Positions 1 to 12,861 of a stretch of DNA of 64,000 bases are shown piece after piece. The position numbers were made by a program, and so were the translations under genes. Origin of the DNA: Octopus sinensis. Taxonomy: Eukaryota. Location of the stretch: NCBI RefSeq assembly GCF_006345805.1, contig NC_043008.1, positions 77,624,001-77,688,000 of the forward strand. The letters run 5' to 3'. Each line of letters starts with the position of its first letter. The stretch's first letter is position 1. Below the pieces are notes generated by a model that made no database searches, was not told the origin of the DNA, and was given only the letters and a program-made list of their open reading frames with translations.

Positions 1-195
1 AGAATTTGAACTCAGAATGTAAAAAGACGGACGAAATCCCGCTAAGCTTTTTCTCCGGCGTGCTAATGATTTTGCCAGCTTTCCACCTTGATTCTTGGTT
101 TCAAATTTTGGCAGAAGACCAGCAAATTCGTGATGGGGTAAGTCGATTACATTTCACCCGTCGAGGTAACGATTCTGCCAGCTCGACGCCCTGAA
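1..195 (-). mobile_element. tRNA-derived SINE family 1, two partial copies
   Basis: Reverse strand reads GAGCTGGCAGAATCGTTA (A-box-like) and GAGTTCAAATT (B-box-like); the same sequence recurs more than 10 times in the window. Confidence 0.8.
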
Positions 196-385
196 ACTTT
201 TAAATATTGATATTGTCTATGTTCTGAAAGATCTTGCACAGAAATATATTCTTAGTTTAGTATAATCAAGGAGTTTGACAGTAATGATTCCGATGGGAAT
301 ATCGCAGATTCTTGAAGATAAAGAGAGAGGTAAGCAATAAGAATTGGATAAGTATTCCAGTATGGAAATTGTTTCAAACACCCAC

Positions 386-430
<45 letters not shown>

Positions 431-510
431 TATACGCACACACACAAACATACACACACACACACACATACATATACCCCCAAGCAAGATATTCATAGGA
501 GAGGATTCAT

Positions 511-545
<35 letters not shown>

Positions 546-574
546 TATATATTATATATATATATATATATATA

Positions 575-720
575 GGCGCAGGAGTGGGTGTGTGGTAAGT
601 TGCTTGCATACCAACCACATGGTTCCGGGTTCAGTCCCACTGCGTGGCACCTTGGGCAAGTGTCTTCTACTAGAGCCTCGGGCCGACCAAAGCCTTGTGA
701 GTGGATTTGGTAGATGGAAA
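575..720 (+). mobile_element. tRNA-derived SINE family 2, in (TA)n
   Basis: GGCGCAGGAGTGGGTGTGTGGTAAG...GGTTCAGTCCC head followed by CACCTTGGGCAAG core; decayed relatives near 9490-9660 (+) and 59200-59330 (-). Confidence 0.75.
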
Positions 721-943
721 CTGGGTTCAATGCCGTTCAATCTGAAAAAAACATTTGAAAACCTTAGAAATACCATACAATCCAGATGTATGGCAAAAGT
801 CGGCATTACTTGGGACTGCACGCATATTGCTTAAAGTACTGTCTGTCTGAGGTCCTTGTGTTGTGACTTGACAAACAGTACAAACCCCCGGTAGATACAA
901 TACCTTCAACAACCTCACGATATTGTGTACTGTGTGACGTCTA
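721..943 (+). mobile_element. R4/Dong-like REL retrotransposon family D, 3' end
   Basis: Frameshifted translation LGSMPFNLKKHLKTLEIPYNPDVWQKSALLGTARILLKVLSV*, homologous to the C-termini of families A-C; short 3' UTR, then (AAT)n. Confidence 0.75.
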
Positions 944-958
944 TAATAATAATAATAA

Positions 959-995
<37 letters not shown>

Positions 996-3119
996 GGGGA
1001 CGTTTAACATGTGAGAGCGATAAAACAGTGCTCCGAAATCTATCCACAAACACCGGAAACAAATATATCGCATGGAGCCAAAAAATAACTGACAAAGGAT
1101 TGGACTATATCCGAGTAAGTAATACTCATTGAAATTTATTGCTATTTTCCAAACGAAATGATGTATTTTAACTTGATATCATCCCCAACCATGTAAACAT
1201 GATTGATACATTACGATCCATCAATAACAGATCATCTCCGGTCCCAAACACCATGTACAAAAAAAACTACGAATAAATTAAATAATACCGGTATTATTCA
1301 ACACAAGAATAACAATCGGGAAGTACGTACTTTGAACGAGTTACACAAAAAGTACGAAAAACTAGACGTGCAAAACAATGTGACAACAGAAATGAACGGA
1401 CCGGTACCCTACGAAAATGACGACCGTCAAAATAATGGGCCAGACGTTGTTCCTCATGTCCCGCAAATAAAACCAAAAAGGCATAAATGGACACGTGAGG
1501 AATGCATTTCAATGCTACACGCTTACTTTACAGCAGTGCTCTACCCAAAGAACGAAAACACAACAACATATACATATAAAATATGAAGGAAAAATAACAT
1601 AAACAAAGACTTGGATACAGCAATGAACCCTAATAAACTAGCTAACGTACGAAGATATATTCTCAACGCAAAAAAATATCATAATAATGCACGACAAGCA
1701 GCAAACCAAAACACGACAGACAAACATACGAATGAGAAAGAAAGCGACACAAATCTAAAACCTGGAAACAACGAAGGGGAGCCTAATGATTATGATACTA
1801 TAAAAAGTAGAATATTCAAAGAACTGAAAAAGACAGATCTCAGAATAGGCCACCGACCATACCTCCCAAAAATCAAAATAGACAAAAAAAAAACATCAAT
1901 AATAAATAGCATAAACCTAGCCGTCACGGAACTAATAGCCACTGAAACAAATAGCAATATCACTGAGCTAAATGACATAGTATATGCAGCTGCCATTGCA
2001 GCCACTAAAGAAGCTGTCCTACTTCAGAAGCAATGAAAACAGATACAAATAGTGGCAAAACACGAGCAAAACAAAAATTGTTCCCAGTATTTAAGGAAGC
2101 TGATAAATACAAACAAGAAAACATACCACCTAACAAGTATGAAGAAGAAGAAGAAGAAGAAGAAGAAGAAGAAGAAAAAGAAGAAGAAGAAGAAGAAGAA
2201 GAAGAAATAACAAAAGCTATAAAACAAATGAAATCCAAACTAAAACTAGAACAGCAACGGACCATGATAAAACGATGGCAAGAAAAGCCCCTTCATGGCA
2301 AATACTGGACTAAACTAAATGCAAAAGAAATAGACAAAGAAAAATCCCAGCAATGGTTGAGAAACTCAAGACTTAAAGCAGAGACAGAGGAATTGCAGCA
2401 CAAGACCAAAGCCCCCCCACCAGAAATTACCAAAAACATATAACGAAAAGAAATATAACAAGTAACGCAGAATATGTGGAGATGGACAAGAAACAATAAA
2501 TCATATTATCTCTGGCTGCCCAGTCCTGGCTAAGAAGGAATATATTCACAGACACGACAGAGATGGGAGCTGCATACATTGGAAGCTATGCCAACACTAT
2601 GGAATAACAACAAAAAAAAAGATGCTATAGGCACACACCAGAAAATGTCACAGAAAACGAGAAAGCAACCATACTCTGAACACGCCAATACACACAGATA
2701 GAGAAATTAAGGCTATATATAGTTGTCAGAGATCACGAAGAAAAACATGCTTTCTAATTGATGTATCAATACCATCAGATGACAACGTTTCTCTAAAAGA
2801 AATGGAGAATCTTTCAAAATACAAAGACCAGTAAATAGAGGTAACTCGAATGTGGAATCTAAAAACAGAAACAATGCCTATCATAGTAGGCGCATTAGGC
2901 ACGAGAAAAAATATTCAGACAAATACATAACAAAAACACCAGGACTTACAAACACATATAACATACAGAAAATTGCACTACTAAGCATCGCACACATCCT
3001 ACGCAAAACACTTTCAATACAGTTACCATTAGAGCATCACAACAAATCACAGCACACACCCAAGGCACACAGAGCTGCGCTCGGTAGTGAAGTGAAAGCA
3101 CGCTATAAAAATAAAACTA

Positions 3120-3123
<4 letters not shown>
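996..3123 (+). mobile_element. R4/Dong-like family A, internally deleted (5' end, Myb-like N-terminus, no RT, CCHC finger, REL, 3' UTR)
   Basis: KRHKWTREE...NPNKLANVRRYI N-terminus jumps at ~2025 into LLQKQ...poly-E...RWQEKPLHGKYW; ends in IQKIALLSIAHILRKTLSIQ and the family A 3' UTR; (AAT)n on both sides. Confidence 0.9.
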
Positions 3124-3194
<71 letters not shown>

Positions 3195-3195
<1 letters not shown>

Positions 3196-3760
3196 TCTCA
3201 CTCCTCTTGAACTTCACCATTCAAACTGACAGGAAGATAGATGCAAATAGGCCAGACATTATATTGAAAGACTTCAGACAAAGAACATGCCTCCTCATTG
3301 ATATGACTGTCCCAATCGATATAAACGTATCTGTCAAGACCTACCAAAAACTGAGCAAATATAAAGATCTTGAAATAGAAATCAGCAAAATGTGGAAGCT
3401 GAAGACTAAAACAATACCTGTTGTCATAGGTGCCCTGGGAATGATAGCAAAAGGGGCTGATTGCTACCTAACTCAGATACCAGGAAACCCCAAAATGGCA
3501 GAAATTCAAAAGATAGTGCTCATGGGAACTGCTCATATCCTACGCAAAATACTCTCTATGTAATCCCAAGGTTTAAAACAAACTTTTTTTTATTATTTAT
3601 TTATTTGTTTTTTTTATGTATTAGACATTCACTAGTACAACACCAAAAAGAAAAAAAAACCCAAATATATGGCACAGAACTTCTAACCTGTTGTCTCTTG
3701 AGGTCTCTGGGTGAGACTTGGAGCCAACTTGTACAGACATAAAGCAAAAGTCAAACATAG
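3195..3760 (+). mobile_element. R4/Dong-like family B, 5'-truncated 3' fragment
   Basis: ORF 3207-3563 has the REL motif RPDII...LLIDMTVP...KLSKYKDL; family B 3' UTR; (AAT)n on both sides. Confidence 0.92.
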
Positions 3761-3782
3761 AATAATAATAATAAAAAAAAAA

Positions 3783-3836
<54 letters not shown>

Positions 3837-3863
3837 TATTATTATTATTATTATTATTATTAT
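3761..3863. repeat. (AAT)n/(ATT)n inverted microsatellite junction
   Basis: AAT run switches directly to ATT run between two tail-to-tail retroelements. Confidence 0.9.
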
Positions 3864-6480
3864 TTCTTTATTAGCCACAAATGGCTTACATTAAAAAAAA
3901 GACATTGTTTTCAGCTCTGGACTAATAGAATATTCGTGTAAACAATGAAAAACAATCGATTATAACAACAAAATTCTCCAAAAGAAGGAAACCTCCTAAG
4001 AGTTCTCATTGAAACCCCACAAGTCTACGAAAGTCCTGACCATCAAGGTAAGCACCCTCTCCGCTTTCTTTACAGGCGCATGCTTAAAGTAGGCCCATTC
4101 TTGCGACATTCACCTACTTTTTAATAAAAAGGGAAAAACTTCCCTCTCCGCCCTCATTTTCCTTTTCAAGTAAAACTTGAAAAAGTTAATAAGGGCTTGG
4201 CCTAAAAGGAAAGAGTCTCTCTGCAGCCCTTTCACTCTGGTCCACCACATAACCTTTTTTTTGGCTAATGCTATCAAGCAAAAAAAAAAGATAGCTTGCC
4301 TATCATGGGCCAAAGAAAGGCGGCGGGACTATCTTCACAATGGGCTAGTCGAGAGTCGGATCCACTCCAGACGTGACAGCAGGTGTTCGACATAAACCCA
4401 CAAGTCAGAAATACTTGGACACCGAACGTGAACGTGCAGTACTGTTTCGTCGCTCTGTGTGCATCTCGGACAAGCCAGGCTGCCTGCACTTCCGCACCTG
4501 TAGAGTTCTTCGGGACAAACCAGGCAACTCATTCTCGTCGACACCCAGAGAATGGCATCGCACTTACCAGCCACTATCCCTCTATAGATAGCCATAGTGG
4601 GACTTTCACCGACCGCATTGCCCGACTGGCAGAGGAATGTGAGTGCCTGACGACACTCTAGGTGCCAGGCGCCCCGAATTGGTTTAAGTTTGATGCAAGA
4701 CTGTAGCTCAATGAAAGAGACGAGCTGTGGGAAATCACGTTTGACAAACGGCTATCAGACCTGTTTACCATCTAGGAAGCGCTGGAGATGCTGCAGCATC
4801 AGCGCATGTCTACGTATTAATAGCCACGGCATATCCAGCCCTCCATTCAATGGGTGTTGACAGCAAATAGAGTGCCTGACCAGTGGAACACGTCTCTTCC
4901 ACATAAAGCGGAAGAGTAGGCGCTCCAGTTTGGTCAGACTCGAACCGGAACAGAGCACGACGGTGAGGCAGTAGTAGATGACGGATGCAACCTTTCAGGT
5001 ATAGCTTTCTCTCAGCCCATTTCTGAGTGAGATTGGTCACCCTGCTCGCCACCTCGTCCAAGTTCTTCTGCACCTGGAGACCTAGACCGAACCATACACC
5101 GAGCAAATTAACTGGTCCTTCCGTCAAGCGTCTCACGATATTGTTGGAAGGCATGAACCTGCTTCTCCAGGTGCCCAGTTGCAGGCCTACGGACTCCTGG
5201 ACAATTTTACACCTGTCACTGCCTTGTATTCTTTTAGAGAGGTGCTGACCAGCCCAATATGCCTGGTGTTCGACACTATGACGGTGACGTCGTCCGCGTA
5301 TTCCGATACGGGTCGCCCACGTCCTAGTTTGCGCGGGATGCCTCTCAATGCTCCCAATTTCCATAGCAGTGGCTCTAAAGCTATTACATGGACGAGAGGG
5401 GATACCCTTGATGGACCGAGTGCATGAAGCTCAATGGTTGACCCGTTCTACTGCCAGTTGTTAAAAAGCCACCAAATAAGTCTGGCATATAATAGTAAAG
5501 CTCGTAGGGCAGACCATCCAAACAAGGCGATTTGCTCCCTGTGCAGATCATCATCGCATCCCGTACCTGAACTACTGAGCAGTTGTCGCTGTGCATTGCT
5601 GCGATCCAGTCACGAAAAACGGGCGAAACCGGCGGCCGTTCTCACGGCCGCTAAATATTGGTAGTCGATTCTAAAAAAGCCCCATCCATGCCAGCTTCAT
5701 TACCCACTCTGTCTATGACGTGTCGCATGAGGTGGAGGTTGTTGTGGATAGAGCTGCTTTGGATGGCGCATATTTGGGCATCCCCAAATAGTTACTCGAT
5801 GATAATCGCCAACCTCTTCGCTAGCACCTTGGTCAAAATTTTGAAGTCATCATTTAGCAGCATTATGGGCCGAAAATTTTCTATTTGATCCCCCTTATTT
5901 GGGTTCTTACTCAGCAGTGCCACCACTCCTCGGTTCACAAAATTAGGAATTCTCCCGTTCTACTGCCAGTTGCTAAAAAGCCACCAAATAAGTCTGGCAT
6001 ATAATAGTAAAGCTCGTAGGGCAGACCATCCAAACAAGGCGATTTGCTCCCTGTGCAGCTCATCATCGCATCTCGTATTTCCGCAACTGTTATTGGCATA
6101 TCGCAACACCTGCCGACAGTCATGGTATGCTTTTAAGGTAGGCACTGCAATTCGTCTCAAACAGTTTGGCGAAGTGCCACTGAAACGGCGCACACATCTG
6201 CTTGAACTAAAGTACCGTGCGCCCACATTGGACCACCGAAGACCGAATTGTGGATTTTTGAGCTTCTGTCACTCGAACCCACCGAGCTGCTTTAGTTCCT
6301 TCATTTCTTAGAGCACGCGCCTTAGCTCTGATAATGCATCTTTCGTGCTTGGCGTTGAAGAATTGGTCCAGAACCTATCTCGCCACCAGTACGTCAGCTG
6401 CAATGCCTCTCCTAAAGCGCCTCTTCCAAGTTCCTAGCAAGGTTTCCTTCTATTCTATTTATCTCTATTGCTAGTGCCTT
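3864..6480 (-). mobile_element. L1/Tx1-like non-LTR retrotransposon, 5'-truncated, degenerate RT and C-terminal CCHC finger
   Basis: Minus-strand motifs KSPCLDGLPYELY, NFRPIMLLN, SVHQGYPLS, EYADDVTV, CPRCTQSDETVLHVHVRCP; ends AATAAAG followed by (AAT)n. Confidence 0.85.
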
Positions 6481-6515
6481 GCTAAACCTAATCGATTCTA
6501 TAATAATAATAATAA

Positions 6516-6712
6516 TGGCTTCGAATTTTGCTACAAGGGGATGAGTCGATTACATCGATCCCAGTGTTCAACAGGTACTTATTTTATCGACCCCAAAAGG
6601 ATGAAAGGCTAAGTTGACCTCGGCAGAAATTGAACTCAGAACGTAGCGACGGACGAAATACCACTAAGCATTTCATCCAACGCGGTAACGATTCTGCCAG
6701 CTCGCTGCCTTA
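6516..6712 (-). mobile_element. SINE family 1
   Basis: Near-complete copy; on + it reads CGATTCTGCCAGCTCGC and TTGAACTCAGAACG; TAA repeats on both sides. Confidence 0.85.
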
Positions 6713-6959
6713 ATAATAATAATGATCATTTCTACGAGAAGCACAAGGCCGGAAATTATTTGGCGGGGAGTAGTTGATTATATATAGTACCAAAATTCGT
6801 TTTTATTAATAGGAATAAACTACCACATGTGGATTCACATACAAATTATATATTATATTTTATCATTAAATCGTGATAAAAACTTAGGTGATGGGAAAGA
6901 GCTTTTTCAATATTTCGAATTAGCTTTACGAAATATATAAAATAACATACAATTCTCAA

Positions 6960-7550
6960 AACAACTTTTGAAAAGTTCCATTTCGCAGGTCTATGATACA
7001 GACGAATCCATTACAACGCAACGAAAATCGTTCATCGGGAATTATATAGGAAATACGGTCATAAAAGGGAAAACTAGTGGCATGATCACAAACTAAGAGG
7101 CGTAGTAGAAAATGATCACGCTAAAATGTTATGGGATTTTATGGCCCAAAGTAACCATGAAACTAAACGCCGCAAACCAGATTCTATGATCCTTAACAAA
7201 GTCAAAAAGCTGTTTGATTCCAGATGTGGCATATCCAGCTGACAATAATGTTTGTGACAAAGAGTTGAAGAAAATTGATAGAAATGAGAGGTAAAATATT
7301 TGAGAGATAAACATTTGTGTGCAGTGAAAAGGGTTAAGGTAATTCCAGTTGATGTCGGGCGCTTGGAACTGTGAACAGCAGGTTTGAAAACTACATTTAG
7401 AATATTGGGGACAACATCAGGGTGGGGCATTTACAGAAAACAACACGCCTTGGAAACACTAGAATATTAGGAAGTGCTCGACAGTTGAAGGTACCATCCC
7501 GGCCCGAACCCATCACAAGCGACAAATGCTGTGGGACAAGCGGAATAAAA
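6960..7550 (+). mobile_element. R4-like REL retrotransposon family E, decayed 3' fragment
   Basis: YRRIHYNATKIVHRELYRKYG...VVENDHAKMLWDF...RKPD...IPVDVGRLGTV...LQKTTRLGNTRIL, with stops and frameshifts. Confidence 0.7.
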
Positions 7551-7554
7551 ATAA

Positions 7555-8315
7555 CTATGGTTTCCAATTCTGACACAAGGCCAGCAATTTCGGTGTATGG
7601 TGTAAGTGGATTACATCGAACCCAGTACTCAACTGGTACTTATTTTTATCAGAACGTAAAGACGGACGAAATGCTACTATGTATTTTACCCGGCGTGCTA
7701 ACGATTCTGCCAAGCTCGCCGCATTTCTTAAAATAATAATTGGTTTCAAATTTTGGGACAAGGCCGACAACTTTGGTGGAGGAGTAAGTCGATTACATCG
7801 ATCCCAGTGTTCAACTGGTACTTATTTTATCGACCACGAACGGAATGAAAGACAAAGTCGACCTCGGTGGAATTGGAACTCAGAACGTAACGACGGAGAA
7901 ATTCCACTAAATATTTTTCCCGCCATTTTAAATAATAATAATCCTTTCTACTATAGGCACCTGAAATTTGGGGAAGGGGGCAAGTCGCTCACATTGAGCT
8001 GTATATCACTGGTACTTAATTTATCGACCCCCGAAAGGATGGTCGACCTCGGGGGAATTTGAACTTAGAACGTAGTGACAGGCAAAATACCTATTTCTTT
8101 ACTACCCACAAGGGGCTAAACACAGAGGACAAATAAGGACAGACAAACGGATTAAGACGATTATATCAACCCAGTGCGTAACTGGTACTTATTTAATCGA
8201 CCCCGAAAGGATGAAAGGCAAAGTCAACCTCGGCGGAATTTGAACTCAGAACGTAGCGGCAGACGAAATACTGCTAAGCATTTTGCCCGGCGTGCTAACG
8301 ATTCTGCCAGCTCGA
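7555..8315 (-). mobile_element. Tandem cluster of 4-5 SINE family 1 copies
   Basis: Repeated GTCGATTACATCGA.CCCAGT / ACTGGTACTT / GAACTCAGAACGT blocks separated by short AAT runs. Confidence 0.85.
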
Positions 8316-8474
8316 AGTTAGATAAGTCATACACTATCACCAATTCTGCGGGAGTCTATTGTATGTAAAAAGATTAGAGGTTAAATTCAAAACCTTTTCT
8401 TTATTTATTTACCAATGCCTGTCATACTGAGAGTGAAGTGTAAATGTCTGAGACAATTCGAGAAGGTGAGCAGA

Positions 8475-8476
<2 letters not shown>

Positions 8477-8528
<52 letters not shown>

Positions 8529-8567
8529 GAGTGAGAGAGAAACAGATAGACAGAGACAGACAGACAG

Positions 8568-8636
<69 letters not shown>
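8477..8636. repeat. (GA)n/(GACA)n microsatellite
   Basis: Directly visible. Confidence 0.95.
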
Positions 8637-8639
<3 letters not shown>

Positions 8640-9834
8640 ATTATTGGGCATAATTATGCGTGTGCGTCCGCATATGTGCGTATATTTCAGAGTCCATTAC
8701 ATTCCTATCTATACTTACAAGTTTATATTTATATCTATACCAGATTTATATATATTCAACTATATGACATCATAATATTTCTATTGAAATTAAAATATAT
8801 AAATGGAATATGGTTATATATCCTGTCTTGAAGTGTCCGCTCTCGATTCTTCCGAGCAGTGACTATCAAAACATAATCATTACTACAAACGGAAACAGTC
8901 TCAAATAGAATAGCAAGTAGATTTCTACAAGTGCTTCAGAGCAGGGGAAGCAACTCTATATTCTGACGCGATAAATACTTAGAAAGTATTTTAGATAAGA
9001 ATGTAATGTAGATTGCAGTGGCTTGGTATGAACAATCTATAGAATGACATCTCTCTCTCTCTCTCTTTCTCTCCCTCTCTCTGTGGATGTGGTGTGGATG
9101 TGTGCGCGTGTGTGTGTGTTACACGTATAGTGAGCCATCTATATGTAGTGTGATACTTTTATCTAGCGTTTTTATCTAAGCAATGACATCTCTATGTATA
9201 CTAAGACATTTAACTTATTTAGAAAAGTTTGTCTGTATTCCTAACTTAAACGAAAAAAAACAAAAAAAAAAACACATACATGTAGATAATTCATTAAAAT
9301 TTTCAGTATTTTCATTCAGCTGCTAATTATTTCTCTGGTAACATTTCTAGACATATATAAGAATACATCTCTCAACACAATGTTTTTTTCTAAACATGAC
9401 AGCAACCTCTTCATAACGATATTTTACTCTTAATAATGATCACCATATCTATATTTGATGGGTTGTCTACCTACAGGGGATAGAGGAAACCGGTGGCTGT
9501 GCGGTAAGAAGTTTGCTTTCCAACCCCATAGTTCCAGATTCAATCCCACTAAGTAACATAGCCCCTAACTTTACAGTTGTGACTGTGCGATAAAAACTTG
9601 CTTCCCAACTACGTAGTTTGGCTTAGGCAAGTTGTCTTCAATTGTAACCGCTAGCCGATTAAACACCATCATTCTGAGTATACACACAAACACACACAGA
9701 CACACGCACGCACATATATATATATATATCGCTTAGGTATAGTGATACTAATAGCCTGAAGAGTAAAGCGTTAGAGTACAGAGTGTAATAAGAGTCTATA
9801 TAATGACAAATGTATGCATGTATGTACGCATGTC

Positions 9835-9922
9835 ATGATTCAGATTTATTTCAAGATTTCTCGAGAAAGAGCTGGTTTCTAATCTAGATCCCAGGCTCCT
9901 TCATTTGAACATCAACAACAGG
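9835..9922 (-). mobile_element. Family F 3' UTR-only fragment between (CATA)n runs
   Basis: Minus strand GGAGCCTGGGATCTAGATTAGAAACCAGCTC resembles GGAGCCTTGTATCTTTGTTGGAAACCGGCTCC at 23327-23358. Confidence 0.5.
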
Positions 9923-10359
9923 GTATGTATGTATGTATGTATGTATGTATGTATGTATGTATGTATGTATGTATGTATGTATGTATGTATGTATGTATGT
10001 ATATGTGCAGATTCGTATGTTTTGTTTTATGTATATATTCTCATGCATATAGTTGCATATCTAGACATGTTCATATATATGATAAACTTCTAGAAAGTTT
10101 TACAGATTTTTACAGTTCCAGTGATAGATTGGATCTATAGTTTTCGAATTAGCTTTCTCCTTTCTGATTTTGAGAAGCCTAATTTCTCAAGCTACAACAT
10201 CATATCTCATCTGTGGATAAATCGTGATGACATTTTCAGACAACTGGGTATGATCTGCGTGATATCTTCGATGTAAACTCCACTAAGTCTGCATCGGTTG
10301 TCACATTTTACTGCTTTTCCTACATGCATGTATGTCTATGTATATGCACATATTATATG

Positions 10360-10415
<56 letters not shown>

Positions 10416-10479
10416 TGCTTGTGCTGTTTTCGTTCACTATCATCGCTTGGCAGTCGATTGTAGTTTTTTTACGACCCTG

Positions 10480-10830
10480 TAAATGAACGATTCAAAAGAA
10501 AGACAGAACGAATAAGTACCTAATTTAAATGTAAGTACCGGAGTCGATTTGCTCAAGATGGTGCCCCAGCATAACCACAGTCCAATAATAAAAAACAAAT
10601 AAATAAAAACAAATAGATAAATACAAATATTTTCAGACATTAGAATGCTGCCATGCTGGGGGAACCGCCTTGAGCAATTTTTAGTCGAACGAGCCGAACC
10701 CGGTACTTTTTTTAAAGCCTGTTATTTATTCTATCGATCTCATTTACTGAAACGCTAAGTTGTGGGGACGTAAACAAACCAATATCGGTTGTCAAGCAAG
10801 TGGTGGGAGCCAACAGAGATACACACACAT
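10480..10830 (+). mobile_element. Decayed SINE fragments ending in a (CA)n tail
   Basis: GGTGCCCCAGCAT, AAGTACC and CGCTAAGTT...GGGGACGTAAACAAACC blocks look SINE-like and end in CA repeats; family assignment is from recall only. Confidence 0.45.
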
Positions 10831-10987
10831 ACACATATGTACCGATAAATATACAAGTCTATCTTTATAATATTGAATGTACTTATAGTAATGACGTACC
10901 TATCATTTATATTATGGCATCTATTTAATGATATCTAGATAATGGCATATCTTTCTATTGAATGACTTCGTCTCTCTCACTCTTTCT

Positions 10988-11082
<95 letters not shown>

Positions 11083-11153
11083 TTCATTTATATAGTCACA
11101 CCTCCAACCATATGAGGTGTCTCTCTTTGTTCTCCATCCTCTGTGTGTGTATA

Positions 11154-11169
<16 letters not shown>

Positions 11170-11193
<24 letters not shown>

Positions 11194-11486
11194 CGTGATC
11201 CTCGTGACCGACCAGGCTATCAGATGTTGCTGCACATCGCTGGTCACAATGCACTTCGCATTGTTTTAGCCTTCAAATGACGCCACCCCGCTGGCTAAGC
11301 GAGCAGGCCAACAGAAGAAAGAGTGAGAGTAAGTTGTGGCGAAAGAGTACAGCAGGGATCGCCACCACCCCCTGCCGGAGCCTCGTGGAACTTTAGGTGT
11401 TTTTGCTCAATAAACACTCACAACGCCCGGCCTGGGAATCGAAACCGCGACTCCGCTACCCTAACCACTGGGCCATTGCACCTCCA
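11170..11486 (-). mobile_element. tRNA-derived SINE family 3
   Basis: Minus strand GGAGGTGCAATGGCCCAGTGGTTAGG (A box) ... GGTTTCGATTCCC (B box), ~300-nt body, (TA)n tail. Confidence 0.8.
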
Positions 11487-11503
11487 CACACACACACACA
11501 TAT

Positions 11504-11535
<32 letters not shown>

Positions 11536-11575
11536 AAATATATATATATATACACATATATATATATATATACAC

Positions 11576-11673
<98 letters not shown>

Positions 11674-12181
11674 CGTGCGCGTGTGTGTGCGTGTGCGCGC
11701 GCGCACTGCATATGTCAGAAGTATACACCAGTATAAGCTGAACCATAACTTGAGGACGACGCGATTAAGTTGGAAGTTGATAGAATATACTCTTTGTCGA
11801 TAATTTTGCATAAAGACAGGAGACAATGTGTTTCAGCATTACTTAGTACTTTCGTGGGTGAAAAGAAACCTTAAGAGAACATTTGGAGAGGTCACTTGAG
11901 ACTAAAGAAATAGGAATAACGATGTAAAAGATTAAAGGAAGATTGATTACGTTACCTGGACAGAAAGTGATATAAGCCACATACAGGTGATATACAACAT
12001 GGTATGAGTCCTGAAACGAAAGAATGTCAATAATTTGAAATATATTTGATATAAGAAATAGAAAAATAGCTGGAGGAGAAAAAAGGCCATAAAATAGTAA
12101 CACTATTGCTAACTAGGTCTACCAGTGTACTCATTGACACACATATGAATGCATACACGCATTTGTACATACATACATACA

Positions 12182-12215
<34 letters not shown>

Positions 12216-12829
12216 CATACATACATACACACACATACACAGGTTTGTTTTCGTTCGGTTTCCTTGTATGTTTCCACTACCCTGTTTTTGTCTCAACTTT
12301 GACCTTCCATAAATCCTAAATTTTATTTTAGAATTTATGGGAGCAACTGTCTTTGAAGACTCATATTTTCGTTGAATGCTCGAAGTGAGGAGTAGATAGA
12401 CAGCCGACAACTGATGAAAGGTCGTTTCTGTGTGTTTACTTGTCCTGATTTCCATTTTTTTCTCTCATTGTTTACGTATTTAACTCTTGTGTCTACGTAT
12501 TGCCTACGTTGTTTACACAGTTGGTTACGTCCCGTACCCATATATGCATAAATATATACATTATTTATTAATATCTATGTGCGTGTGTGTGTGTAATAAA
12601 GGTGGTTTATTCGCAATTTACAACCGAAAAGCAGAAGTATAGACGTCACTAAAGTGACAAAGGATACTAGTTAGCACCATCATTGCTAGAAATAAGAGTC
12701 AAAGCAACTCATAGTCACGAGAAAGCCACTAACGAGCTTTAATCAAATGCGAAATCACTGGTGACCCAGCTATGCCCCGAATGCTGTAGGGAACTTTGCC
12801 TCCCTTGCTTGTCATAATATATATATATA

Positions 12830-12859
<30 letters not shown>

Positions 12860-12861
<2 letters not shown>

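Noticed and set aside
217-730. ORFs rich in CV, YI, TH, MYVC, poly-I/N/Y/L, here and throughout the window
   Set aside because: They are translations of (CA)n, (TA)n, (TATG)n and (AAT)n microsatellites, not genes.
11430-11486. tRNA gene calls for SINE heads
   Set aside because: A/B boxes are present but there is no complete cloverleaf, and the heads run into SINE bodies and simple-repeat tails.
12405-12440. CTGATGA as a hammerhead core upstream of the Neptune-type element; similar partial cores near 9755, 15230 and 20625
   Set aside because: No stem II followed by GAAA, and no NUH with a matching stem III.
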